A stretch of 64,000 nt of DNA from the NCBI GenBank assembly GCA_030692515.1, contig JAUXZS010000016.1, positions 68,313-132,312 on the forward strand. The letters run 5' to 3'. The notes beneath the pieces were generated by a model. The model searched no databases, was not told the origin of the DNA, and saw only the letters and a list, made by a program, of their open reading frames with translations. Within the stretch, counting starts at the first letter, position 1. Every line of letters starts with the position of its first letter. Below, in pieces: positions 38,634 through 47,640 of the stretch. The position numbers and the translations under genes are program-made. Source of the stretch: Bacteroidota bacterium (lineage in GTDB: Bacteria; Bacteroidota; Bacteroidia; B-17B0; Aurantibacillaceae).

Positions 38634-38991
38634 AATTTCTTTTTTATTTTCCGGTTTATTTTTAATTTTTTTAGTGGCTGGTTGCGAAAAAAAAGTTGGT
38701 AAAACAGCGCCTGTTGTTGCTGCAGCTTTTACTTGCGATAGTATTAAATATGCAAGCCATATACAACCAATAATTACTAAAAACTGTGCTATTAGTGGTT
38801 GTCATATTTCAGGATTTTCATCTGGAGATTTTACAAGTTATGCTGGTTTAAACACTAAAGTAGTACCCGGGAAATTTAAACTTAGAGTTTTTGATTCCCC
38901 GAATAATCCTATGCCACCAAGTGGGCAATTGCCTCAAGCGCAATTAGACAGTATTAAATGTTGGTTAGATAGAGGAGCGCCAAACGATTAA
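38626..38991 (+). CDS. small lipoprotein with cytochrome-c-like module (CX4CH ... MPP)
   Basis: Lipobox LVAGC. IQPIITKNCAISGCH...NNPMPPSG...IKCWLDRGA parallels the N-terminal module of the upstream gene. 8-nt overlap with that gene. Confidence 0.45.
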   Translation: MNKISFLFSGLFLIFLVAGCEKKVGKTAPVVAAAFTCDSIKYASHIQPIITKNCAISGCHISGFSSGDFTSYAGLNTKVVPGKFKLRVFDSPNNPMPPSGQLPQAQLDSIKCWLDRGAPND

Positions 38992-39017
38992 GGCTGAGAA
39001 TTTTCTCTGATTTTATT

Positions 39018-39088
39018 AGCCACTAATTACACAAATTAACACGAAACGAAATTATATAGCTTAGTGGAAATTGGTGAAATTAGTGGCT
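39018..39088. repeat. inverted repeat of CACNAATT units (AGCCACTAATT...AATTAGTGGCT), copy 1
   Basis: 11-bp perfect terminal inverted arms, extendable to about 24 nt at 20 of 24 matches. Lies between the convergent cytochrome-like gene and valS. Confidence 0.65.
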
Positions 39089-39094
39089 TTATTT

Positions 39095-41737
39095 TTAAAG
39101 TGAAGCTAATTGCTCCTCAATAGATTTTATTTTATTTAAAGCGTCACTTTCTTTTTTACGTTCCACTTCAATAACTTCTGGTTTTGCATTTGCAACAAAA
39201 CGTTCGTTAGATAATTTTATTTGAACAGATTTTAAGAATCCTTTATTATATTCTAATTCTTTTGCTAAGCGATCTTTTTCTTCAGCAACATTAATATTTC
39301 CGGTTAATGGAACAAAAAATTCTGCATTTAAAACCATAAAACCAAATGCACCTTCTACTTTTTCTTTTGTATAACTATACGACGATAAATTCGCCAATTT
39401 TATTATCACGCTATCAAAGTCGCTGTAATGCTCACCAACATCCGATTTTTCTTTTACATCTAATTTTTCTTTTGGTGAAATATTTTTTTGTTGACGAATA
39501 TTTCTAACCTGAGTAACAACTTCTTTTACAACTTCAAAAGCTTTTAAAGTTTCTTGATTAATTTTTCTAACCTCAGGCCATTCTGCAACAATAATGCAAT
39601 CCTTTTCAGTTCTGTCTTGGGTTAAATGCCATAACTCTTCGGTAATAAATGGCATCCAAGGATGCATGATCTTTAATAATGATTCAAAGAAATTAATTGT
39701 AGCATTAAAGGTTGTTTTATCAATTGGTTGCGATTTTCCATCAATAAATTCTGGCTTAATAATTTCTAAATACCAAGCACAAAAATCATCCCAAACTAAT
39801 TTGTAAGTTGTCATTAACGCATCACTCATTCTGTATTTAGAATAATGATCATTAATAATTTCTAATTGCTCTGATAATTTATTTTCGAACCAATTAATGG
39901 CAGTCTTTGATGCTTGAGGTTGTTCAACATTCCCTATCTCAAAGCCTTGTATTAAACGAAAAGCATTCCATACTTTATTTGCAAAATTTCTTCCTTGCTC
40001 ACAATAACTTTCATCAAACATTAAATCGTTTCCTGCAGGTGAGCATAAAAGCATGCCAACACGAACACCATCGGCTCCATATTTTGTAATCAATTCTAAA
40101 GGATCTGGTGAGTTACCCAAACTTTTACTCATTTTACGTCCTTGTTTATCGCGAACAATCCCGGTTAAGTAAACATTATTAAAGGGTTTTAAGCCTGTAT
40201 ATTCTTTTCCTGCAATAATCATTCTGGCAACCCAGAAAAATAAAATTTCTGGCGCTGTTACTAAATCATTTGTTGGGTAATAATATTTTAAATCTGCATT
40301 TGCATTTTCCCATCCATTTTTAATTATGTTTGGATCGAATACTGTTAATGGCCATAACCAAGACGAGAACCATGTGTCCAAAACGTCTTCATCCTGTTTT
40401 ATTTCTTCAGCTTTTATTGTTGCGTTATTTATTTTTAATAGTTCAAAGGCTTCTTCTTTTGTTTTACAAACAACTGTATTTCCTTTATTATCGTACCATG
40501 CCGGAATTTGTTGTCCCCACCATAACTGACGGCTAATACACCAATCATGCACATTTTCCATCCAATGCTTATAGGTATTAATAAATTTTTCGGGAATTAG
40601 CTTTACATCATTATTTAACACAGCTTCTAAAGCGGGCTTACTAATGTCTTCCATTTTTAAAAACCATTGCATGCTCAGGCGTGGCTCAATAACAGCATCT
40701 GTGCGTTCGCTATAACCAACTTTGTTTTTTATTTCTTCAATCTTCTCTATTAAACCCTGCTCTTGCAAATCTTTTGTTATTTGTTTACGACAAATAAATC
40801 TATCTAAACCTATATATGCTCCAGCAGCTTCGCTAATTTTTCCTTCGGGCGTTAATACATCAATAGTTTGCAGCTTGTGTTTTTGGCCTAAATTAAAATC
40901 ATTAATATCATGTGCCGGAGTAACCTTCAATGTTCCCGTTCCAAATTCTTTATCTACATAATCATCATAAATAATAGGTACAACTCTATTTACAATTGGT
41001 ACAATTACATTTTTTCCTTTTAATGATAGGTAACGTTCATCGGTGGGATTAACGCACACAGCAACATCGCCCATAATAGTTTCAGGACGAGTAGTTGCAA
41101 CAGTTATATATTCGTTTGTATTTTCTATTTTATACTTTACATAAACTAATTTGCTATTTGTTTCTTTATGGATTACCTCTTCGTCACTAACGGCAGTTAA
41201 ACCTAGAGGGTCCCAATTAACCATCCGAACGCCTCTATAAATTTGTTTTTTCGTATATAAATCAATAAAAACATCTAAAACAGCATCACTTAAATCCGGG
41301 TCCATTGTAAAACGTGTTCGGCTCCAATCACAACTTGCGCCTAAATATTTTAATTGTTCTAAAATAATTCCGCCATACTTTTCTTTCCAAACCCAAGCAT
41401 GTTTTAAAAATTCTTCGCGCGATAAATCTGCTTTTTTAATTCCCTGGTCGGCTAATAGTTTTACAACTTTTGCTTCTGTTGCAATACTTGCATGATCAGT
41501 GCCCGGTACCCAACAAGCATTAAACCCAAGCATTCTGGCTCGACGAATTAATACATCTTGTATGGTGTTATTAAGCATGTGACCCATATGTAGGACACCA
41601 GTTACATTTGGCGGAGGGATTACTATAGTATATGCCTTGCGCTGATCGGGTACTGACTTAAAAAAATCTTTATCCATCCAATAAGGGTACCACTTGGTTT
41701 CAGCCTCTTTTGGATTGTATGTTTTTGCTATCTCCAT
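39095..41737 (-). CDS. valS: valine--tRNA ligase
   Basis: Class I HIGH ([11 protein letters not shown]) and KMSKS (RKMSKSLGN) motifs, a CP1 editing region and a C-terminal coiled coil. 880 aa. Confidence 0.93.
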   Translation of the reverse strand: MEIAKTYNPKEAETKWYPYWMDKDFFKSVPDQRKAYTIVIPPPNVTGVLHMGHMLNNTIQDVLIRRARMLGFNACWVPGTDHASIATEAKVVKLLADQGIKKADLSREEFLKHAWVWKEKYGGIILEQLKYLGASCDWSRTRFTMDPDLSDAVLDVFIDLYTKKQIYRGVRMVNWDPLGLTAVSDEEVIHKETNSKLVYVKYKIENTNEYITVATTRPETIMGDVAVCVNPTDERYLSLKGKNVIVPIVNRVVPIIYDDYVDKEFGTGTLKVTPAHDINDFNLGQKHKLQTIDVLTPEGKISEAAGAYIGLDRFICRKQITKDLQEQGLIEKIEEIKNKVGYSERTDAVIEPRLSMQWFLKMEDISKPALEAVLNNDVKLIPEKFINTYKHWMENVHDWCISRQLWWGQQIPAWYDNKGNTVVCKTKEEAFELLKINNATIKAEEIKQDEDVLDTWFSSWLWPLTVFDPNIIKNGWENANADLKYYYPTNDLVTAPEILFFWVARMIIAGKEYTGLKPFNNVYLTGIVRDKQGRKMSKSLGNSPDPLELITKYGADGVRVGMLLCSPAGNDLMFDESYCEQGRNFANKVWNAFRLIQGFEIGNVEQPQASKTAINWFENKLSEQLEIINDHYSKYRMSDALMTTYKLVWDDFCAWYLEIIKPEFIDGKSQPIDKTTFNATINFFESLLKIMHPWMPFITEELWHLTQDRTEKDCIIVAEWPEVRKINQETLKAFEVVKEVVTQVRNIRQQKNISPKEKLDVKEKSDVGEHYSDFDSVIIKLANLSSYSYTKEKVEGAFGFMVLNAEFFVPLTGNINVAEEKDRLAKELEYNKGFLKSVQIKLSNERFVANAKPEVIEVERKKESDALNKIKSIEEQLASL

Positions 41738-41771
41738 GTTAAAGTATCAAAAATTATAATGTTAAATTTCG

Positions 41772-41779
41772 CAAAAATA
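41772..41779 (-). promoter_or_regulatory. -7 box TATTTTTG upstream of valS
   Basis: The reverse complement of CAAAAATA matches TAnnTTTG, 34 nt before the valS ATG. Confidence 0.4.
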
Positions 41780-41855
41780 CACAAACAATTGCGTCTATGT
41801 TATATCTTTATGGCACGATTATGGTATAAATTTACAACAACAAAAAAACTTTATT

Positions 41856-42359
41856 ATGAAAAAATTAATTTTAACATTAGGATTAGTAGCAGGCTTAACT
41901 GCTTTAACTTTTGCACAAGAAGTACACGGTACAGATGATGGTCATGGTCACGGAGCGGCAACAGATAATGTAGCGCCTACAAGCTTAGCTGATATTAAAT
42001 TAGATAAGACTACCCATGATTACGGTAATATTAAACAAGGAGATAATGGTGAATGTGAGTTTAAATTTACAAACAACGGTAAAGAGCCTTTAGTAATTAC
42101 TAATTGCCAAGGAAGTTGCGGTTGTACAGTACCACAATGCCCTAAGGAACCAATTTTACCTGGTAAAAGCGGTGTTATAAAAGTGAAGTATGATACACAA
42201 CGTGTTGGTGGCATTTACAAAACTGTAACCGTTAATTCAAACGCAAAAAGTGGCGTGCAAACTTTAACTATTAAAGGTAACATTGATGCAAAGCCTGTTG
42301 AAGAAGCTTTTCCTCAAAACCCAACACCACAAGGTGCTCCAGTTGAAAAGAAAGGTTAA
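41856..42359 (+). CDS. DUF1573 domain protein with His/Gly-rich N-terminal linker
   Basis: Signal peptide, then HGTDDGHGHG. DUF1573 core YGNIKQGD..ECEFKFTNNGKEPLVITN..GSCGCTVP...PILPGKSGVIKVKYDT...G...KTVTVNSNA. Confidence 0.7.
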   Translation: MKKLILTLGLVAGLTALTFAQEVHGTDDGHGHGAATDNVAPTSLADIKLDKTTHDYGNIKQGDNGECEFKFTNNGKEPLVITNCQGSCGCTVPQCPKEPILPGKSGVIKVKYDTQRVGGIYKTVTVNSNAKSGVQTLTIKGNIDAKPVEEAFPQNPTPQGAPVEKKG

Positions 42360-42378
42360 TAACTAAAATTTAAAAAAA

Positions 42379-42819
42379 ATGAAAAAGCTACTTTCTTTAA
42401 TTTTTTTGGTACTAGGTTTAAGTTTTGGATTAAATGCCCAAGAGTCTACTATTCCTAATCCTGATCCTAATGCTCCTGACATAAAATTTGAGAACGAAGT
42501 TTTAGATTATGGAGTAATAGAATATGATGCTAACGGACTTCGTGAATTTAAATTTACAAATACAGGAAAAACACCATTAACAATTACTTCTGTTACAGGA
42601 GAGTGTGGTTGTACCGCAACTACTATTGATGGTAAACCAGGCTGGCCGCAAGAACCAATTTTACCAGGAAAAGGTGGCGTAATTAAAGTAAAATATGACA
42701 CTAAACGTGAGGGTCGTTTTGAGAAAAACGTTACCGTAACGTCTAATGCTAAATTTGCTACAAAAAAAATACGTATTAAAGGTGAAATTAAAGCTAAACC
42801 CGTAACAGGTGAAAATTAA
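42379..42819 (+). CDS. DUF1573 domain protein
   Basis: Signal peptide and the same core: YGVIEYD...FKFTNTGKTPLTITSVTGECGCT...PILPGKGGVIKVKYDT...VTVTSNA. Confidence 0.7.
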   Translation: MKKLLSLIFLVLGLSFGLNAQESTIPNPDPNAPDIKFENEVLDYGVIEYDANGLREFKFTNTGKTPLTITSVTGECGCTATTIDGKPGWPQEPILPGKGGVIKVKYDTKREGRFEKNVTVTSNAKFATKKIRIKGEIKAKPVTGEN

Positions 42820-43240
42820 TATCACATTAAATTTAAAAAATCCTCTTGGTTTATCTAAGGGGATTTTTTGTTTTAATAGAGTCCTATTTTATTTATTATT
42901 CATTGTAACTTCTGTTTGTTCTGCACAAGCAAAAATGGAAATAAAAGACGCAAAGAAAAATTTTGGTATTGTGAAGAAGGGAGAGATTATTAAACTCGAA
43001 TATTCTTTTACAAATATAGGTAACCAACCATTACTTATTTCTGAAGCTGAAGTAAGTTGCTCATGTACCACCGTCGATTTTCCAAAACAACCAGTTGCTC
43101 CAAATCAAAGCGGAGTTATTGTTGTAAATTTTGATACCAAAACAGTGTATGACCGGCAAGATAGGGTTGTATTATTAAAAACTAACGACCCTAAATCTCC
43201 TGCAAAAATAAGATATAAGGGAATTGTGCTTAGAAAATAA
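42809..43240 (+). CDS. DUF1573 domain protein (divergent third copy; start uncertain)
   Basis: FGIVKKGE...YSFTNIGNQPLLISEAEVSCSCT...PVAPNQSGVIVVNFDT. The only in-frame ATG upstream of the signal-like segment is 42809, which puts a terminator-like hairpin inside the first 20 codons. Confidence 0.55.
   Translation: MKINITLNLKNPLGLSKGIFCFNRVLFYLLFIVTSVCSAQAKMEIKDAKKNFGIVKKGEIIKLEYSFTNIGNQPLLISEAEVSCSCTTVDFPKQPVAPNQSGVIVVNFDTKTVYDRQDRVVLLKTNDPKSPAKIRYKGIVLRK
42834..42870 (+). terminator. terminator-like hairpin 15 nt after the stop of the second DUF1573 gene, inside the annotated 5' end of the third
   Basis: AUCCUCUUGG-UUUAU-CUAAGGGGAU: a 10-bp stem including two G.U pairs, followed by U6 and preceded by A6. 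Confidence 0.6.
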
Positions 43241-43315
43241 GACGCTGGAAACATCTGTTTTTCTACAATTTATTATTATTTTAAATTACAATAAATCTGG
43301 AGTTGAAAATAGTTT

Positions 43316-44077
43316 CTAGTTTTTTAATTGGCGAAAAAACTCTGAAGTGATAATGGCAGTTGCCATAGCGGCATTTAAAGACTCAGTGCCGTTAGTGCGA
43401 TGAGAGGGAATTGTAATTGGCTTATTTATTAATTTTAGATTAGCATCGCTAATGCCATTTGCCTCATTGCCAATTATTACTAGTCCGTTTTTTAATTTTT
43501 CATCATAAATATTTTCCCCAGTTAAAACCGCACCGTAAATATATTCCACCTTTTGTTTTTTTAATAATTCATTCAATTCACAATAAACAACTCTAATTCG
43601 CATAAATGCGCCCATTGTAGCTTGAATAACTTTGGGGTTGTAAAAATCACAACTTGCTGGAGAACAATAAACCGTTGTAACACCATACCAATCAGCTAAT
43701 CTGATAATAGTGCCAAAATTTCCCGGGTCGCGAATATCGTCCAGAAAAAAGCTAAACTCTTTCTGAAAATCTACCTCTTCTTCAGAATCAATAAAATAAT
43801 TGCATATGCCTAAAACCTGATTGGGATTATTTTGTAAACTAATTTTTTGCAAATCAGTTTCTGTAATTTCTTCGCAAGAAATTTTATTTTGCTCTAATTG
43901 TATCGAATTATTCAAAATAAAATCTTTAGTTGCATATATTTTTGATATTATACTAGGTTCCTGAGACAGAACCTCAGCTACTGACTTAATACCCTCAACT
44001 ATAAATAATTTGTGACTATCCCTTTGTTTTTTTAGATGTAATGATTGTATTTCTTTTATTTGATTTTTACTAAGCAT
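43316..44077 (-). CDS. TrmH/SpoU-family RNA 2'-O-methyltransferase (RlmB-like, with N-terminal substrate-binding domain)
   Basis: SpoU motifs DDIRDPGNFGTIIRLADW, LVIGNEANGIS and IPS.....SLNAAMATAI. Confidence 0.75.
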   Translation of the reverse strand: MLSKNQIKEIQSLHLKKQRDSHKLFIVEGIKSVAEVLSQEPSIISKIYATKDFILNNSIQLEQNKISCEEITETDLQKISLQNNPNQVLGICNYFIDSEEEVDFQKEFSFFLDDIRDPGNFGTIIRLADWYGVTTVYCSPASCDFYNPKVIQATMGAFMRIRVVYCELNELLKKQKVEYIYGAVLTGENIYDEKLKNGLVIIGNEANGISDANLKLINKPITIPSHRTNGTESLNAAMATAIITSEFFRQLKN

Positions 44078-44111
44078 AATTTACCCTAAATTAGCATAAT
44101 TTATTAAGAGG

Positions 44112-46643
44112 TTGAAATTATTTACAAAAATATATAAGGTACTGAAGTTTAAAAAAATTATATCTGCTTTTTTAGTTTTTTTACTTGTTGAAGTTTTTAT
44201 TTCCTGCAACCCAACAAAAAAGTTATTGCCTAATGAATACTTACTCGAAAAAGTAGAAGTTGTTAATTTCAAAAAAACCAACCAACCAAAAGAAAGTTTC
44301 GAAGCCTTTTACAGACAAAAACCAAATCGAAAATTATTTAGAACTATTCACTTTTTTGTTTGGTGGTACAATTTATTTGATGAAAATAAAATTAAAGAAA
44401 AAAGAGCTGAAAGAAATTTAAAGTATGATAAAATAAATTCCGAAAGAGTATTACGCACCGAAAAAAAGAATGAAAAAAGAAGAGCAAAAGGAAAAAAGGA
44501 AAAAATACCAAAATTAAAAGACAAAACCAGTTTACTTATTATAGAAAGTATTCGCGACATTGGTGAACCCGCCATAATTTTTGATTCTACTCTTACTGAA
44601 CAAACTAGATTACAAATGGTTAAATTTTTATTTAGTAAAGGTTACTTTAATAATACGGTTACCGATACAATAGAATTTAAAAAGGATAAAAAACGCGCAA
44701 TAGTTAAATATTATCTTCACCCAAAAAAACCTTATACTATAAACAGTATAACCTATTTAATGGAAGATGAAAAACTTGGCGCCTTAGTTTTTAATGATTC
44801 GATAAATAGAATAATTGACGTCGGCGACCAATATGATGCTGATAAATTACAAACTGAGAGACAACGCATTACGGATTTTGCTCTAAATAATGGTTATTTT
44901 TATTTTGAAAATGCATACATAAATTTTGATGTTGATTCAAATTACGACAATCATTCGGTTTCAATAGTAATTAATTTAAAAAAGTTTGCAAAATCATATA
45001 GCTCAACAAACGATTCTTTAATATTTATTAATCATCCTAGATTAAAAGTCCAAAACGTATATATTATCACCGAAGCAGTTTATAAAAATGTGAGAGATGT
45101 AAGGTTTACCGATACAGTGAAAACAAAAAGAGACGGAACTGTTTTTTTATTAAACGAACCCCTATCTTATCGACAACCCATTATATTAAACAATACTGAT
45201 ATTTATAGAGGGCAATGGTTTAGAAAAGACACTTCAGAGTTAACATACAAACAATTATTAGGACTAGGGATTTTTAAAAACGTAACCATTCAGTTTTTAA
45301 GAACTCCGGATTTTTCAAATCGATTAGATTGTTATATTATTTGTAACCCCTTACTTAAACAATCACTAACCGCAGAAACAGAAGGAACAAACACAAATGG
45401 AAATTTAGGTATAGATGGAAGTATCATTTATCAAAATAAAAACTTTTTTAGAGGAGGCGAATTAATTGAGCTAAAATTACAAGCAGCAATTTCTGCACAA
45501 AAACAACTTTCTAAAGACACAACTTATATAGGTTCAATTACGGACATTGCAGATCTAGGTAGACTTCAACGGACATTTAATACAATTCAATTTGGTCCTG
45601 AATTTACCTTTTCGGTGCCACGTGCTTTTTTTCCTTTTTCATTAATTCCATTTAAAAAAGATATGTTACCCCGAACTTATATTAAATCTTCTTTAAACTA
45701 TCAATCACGACCAGAATTTAGTAGAATAATTACTAATATTAATTATGGTTTTAGTTTCAAGTCTAACAAAGGAAGATTAAGGCACGATTTTATTCCTTTT
45801 GAAGCATATTCGGTTCAAGCAAACCTACTTCAATCGTTTAAAAATGATTTAGGAAATTTACAAGATGCGTTTTTACTAAATTCTTTTCAAGATCACATAA
45901 CCACATTAAGCAAGTATGGCTTAACCTATACATCTAAATCAAATAATAGTACAAAACCGCTTCATTATTTTAGATGGACAATAGCCTCATCAGGTTCAAT
46001 ATTACGCCAATACTTTAAATCAACAGGTGCGAAACCAGATTCGTTAGATCGCTATCTTATTTTCGGCATCCCTTTTGCTCAATTTGTTAAAACAGATATT
46101 GATTATAGAATAAATATTCCCATTAGAAAAGGCACGAGGTTGGTTTACAGGCTAGCGGGAGGAATAGGAAAACCATTAAAAAATTTAAGTGGTTTGCCTT
46201 ACGAGCAAAGTTACTTTAGTGGTGGTCCAAATAGCGTGAGAGCCTGGCGTGCCCGTACATTAGGGCCCGGAGGCTATGATCCTTCAAATAGTTCAACAAG
46301 CTACGATAAAATAGGTGATATTTTACTGGAAGGAAATGTCGAGTATCGTTTCCATATTATTAAATCTTTTAATGGTGCTTTTTTTGTTGATGCTGGAAAT
46401 ATTTGGCGTTTAAAAAAAGATGAAACAAAACCAAATGGTGAATTTATGGTGGAGAATTTTATAGATCAAATAGCTATTGGAAGTGGCTTTGGTCTTAGAT
46501 GGGATTTAAACTTTTTTGTTTTACGTCTTGATATGGCCGCGCCAGTTAAGGACCCTAAATATGCGGTTGGCGACAGGTGGACTTATGATAAACAACCCTG
46601 GAAACAAATTGTTGCTAACTTTGGTATTGGATACCCTTTTTAA
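44112..46643 (+). CDS. BamA/TamA-family (Omp85) outer-membrane protein
   Basis: 843 aa. C-terminal bacterial surface antigen barrel blocks (YFSGGPNSVRAW, GDILLEGNVEYRF, FVDAGNIW, GFGLRWD), ending in an aromatic residue. TTG start. Confidence 0.7.
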   Translation: MKLFTKIYKVLKFKKIISAFLVFLLVEVFISCNPTKKLLPNEYLLEKVEVVNFKKTNQPKESFEAFYRQKPNRKLFRTIHFFVWWYNLFDENKIKEKRAERNLKYDKINSERVLRTEKKNEKRRAKGKKEKIPKLKDKTSLLIIESIRDIGEPAIIFDSTLTEQTRLQMVKFLFSKGYFNNTVTDTIEFKKDKKRAIVKYYLHPKKPYTINSITYLMEDEKLGALVFNDSINRIIDVGDQYDADKLQTERQRITDFALNNGYFYFENAYINFDVDSNYDNHSVSIVINLKKFAKSYSSTNDSLIFINHPRLKVQNVYIITEAVYKNVRDVRFTDTVKTKRDGTVFLLNEPLSYRQPIILNNTDIYRGQWFRKDTSELTYKQLLGLGIFKNVTIQFLRTPDFSNRLDCYIICNPLLKQSLTAETEGTNTNGNLGIDGSIIYQNKNFFRGGELIELKLQAAISAQKQLSKDTTYIGSITDIADLGRLQRTFNTIQFGPEFTFSVPRAFFPFSLIPFKKDMLPRTYIKSSLNYQSRPEFSRIITNINYGFSFKSNKGRLRHDFIPFEAYSVQANLLQSFKNDLGNLQDAFLLNSFQDHITTLSKYGLTYTSKSNNSTKPLHYFRWTIASSGSILRQYFKSTGAKPDSLDRYLIFGIPFAQFVKTDIDYRINIPIRKGTRLVYRLAGGIGKPLKNLSGLPYEQSYFSGGPNSVRAWRARTLGPGGYDPSNSSTSYDKIGDILLEGNVEYRFHIIKSFNGAFFVDAGNIWRLKKDETKPNGEFMVENFIDQIAIGSGFGLRWDLNFFVLRLDMAAPVKDPKYAVGDRWTYDKQPWKQIVANFGIGYPF

Positions 46644-46652
46644 TATAACCTA

Positions 46653-47525
46653 ATGAAGATTGCCGGTTTTACAATTATAAGAAACGCTTTAAAATTCGAC
46701 TATCCTGTTGTAGAAGCTATAACTTCTATACTTCCAATTTGCGATAAATTTTTTGTTGGTGTTGGTAATAGTGATGATGGAACAAGAAAACTCATTGAAG
46801 AAATTAATTCAGATAAAATAATTATTATAGATACTGTTTGGGATGACAAACTACGCGAAGGTGGGAAAATTTTATCTATTGAAACAAATAAAGTTTTTGA
46901 TGCGATTCCAAAAGAATTTGATTGGTGTTTTTATATTCAAAGCGATGAATGTGTTCATGAAGAAGATTTGCCAACAATAAAAAATGCGATGCAGCGATAT
47001 AAGGATGATGCAAAAGTGGATGGCTTATTATTTGAATACAAACACTTTTATGGTCATTATAAATACATTGGCATTGGTCGTAGATGGTATAAAAACGAAA
47101 TTCGTATTATTAAAAATAATAAAACTATTCGATCATATAAAGATGCGCAAGGATTTAGAACATTAGACGACAAAAAATTACGTGTTAAAAAAATCAATGC
47201 GTTTATTTATCATTATGGTTGGGTTAAATCTCCACAAGCACAGCAAGCAAAGCAAGCTAATTTTCATAAAATGTGGCATGATGATGCTTGGATGAAAAAC
47301 AATATACCTACCGTAGAAGAATTTGATTATAGTAATATAGATTTGTTAGCAGAGTATACGGGTTCACATCCAAAAGTATTTGAAAACAGAATCAAAAAAG
47401 CAAATTGGAATTTTATTTATGATAAGTCAAAAGTAAAAACCAATTTAAAATATCAGTTTTTGTTTTGGGTCGAAAAATTAACTGGTTGGAGAATAGGAGA
47501 GAATAAGAATTATATTTTGAAATAA
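46653..47525 (+). CDS. putative glycosyltransferase (GT2-like fold)
   Basis: The N-terminal IIRNALKFDYPVVEAI.SILP.CD.F.V.VG.S.DGT pattern resembles a conserved Bacteroidota glycosyltransferase-like family, and there is a SDE acidic motif. This is recollection only. Confidence 0.5.
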   Translation: MKIAGFTIIRNALKFDYPVVEAITSILPICDKFFVGVGNSDDGTRKLIEEINSDKIIIIDTVWDDKLREGGKILSIETNKVFDAIPKEFDWCFYIQSDECVHEEDLPTIKNAMQRYKDDAKVDGLLFEYKHFYGHYKYIGIGRRWYKNEIRIIKNNKTIRSYKDAQGFRTLDDKKLRVKKINAFIYHYGWVKSPQAQQAKQANFHKMWHDDAWMKNNIPTVEEFDYSNIDLLAEYTGSHPKVFENRIKKANWNFIYDKSKVKTNLKYQFLFWVEKLTGWRIGENKNYILK

Positions 47526-47537
47526 ACCGTATACCTA

Positions 47538-47640
47538 GCCACTAATTTCACGAATTACACAAATTCTAAATTAGGGCGAAGCAAAATCAATTGTGAAATT
47601 AAATTTCTTCTTGTTTTGTGAAATTAGTGCAATTCGTGGC
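47538..47640. repeat. inverted repeat of CACNAATT units, copy 2
   Basis: GCCACTAATTTCACGAATTACAC matches the reverse complement of GTGAAATTAGTGCAATTCGTGGC at 19 of 23 positions. Lies between the convergent glycosyltransferase gene and paaD. Confidence 0.65.

Noticed and set aside
44081-44281. A 66-aa minus-strand ORF overlapping the start of the BamA/TamA-like gene.
   Set aside because: It overlaps the signal-peptide region of a well-supported 843-aa gene and has no motif. It is likely spurious.
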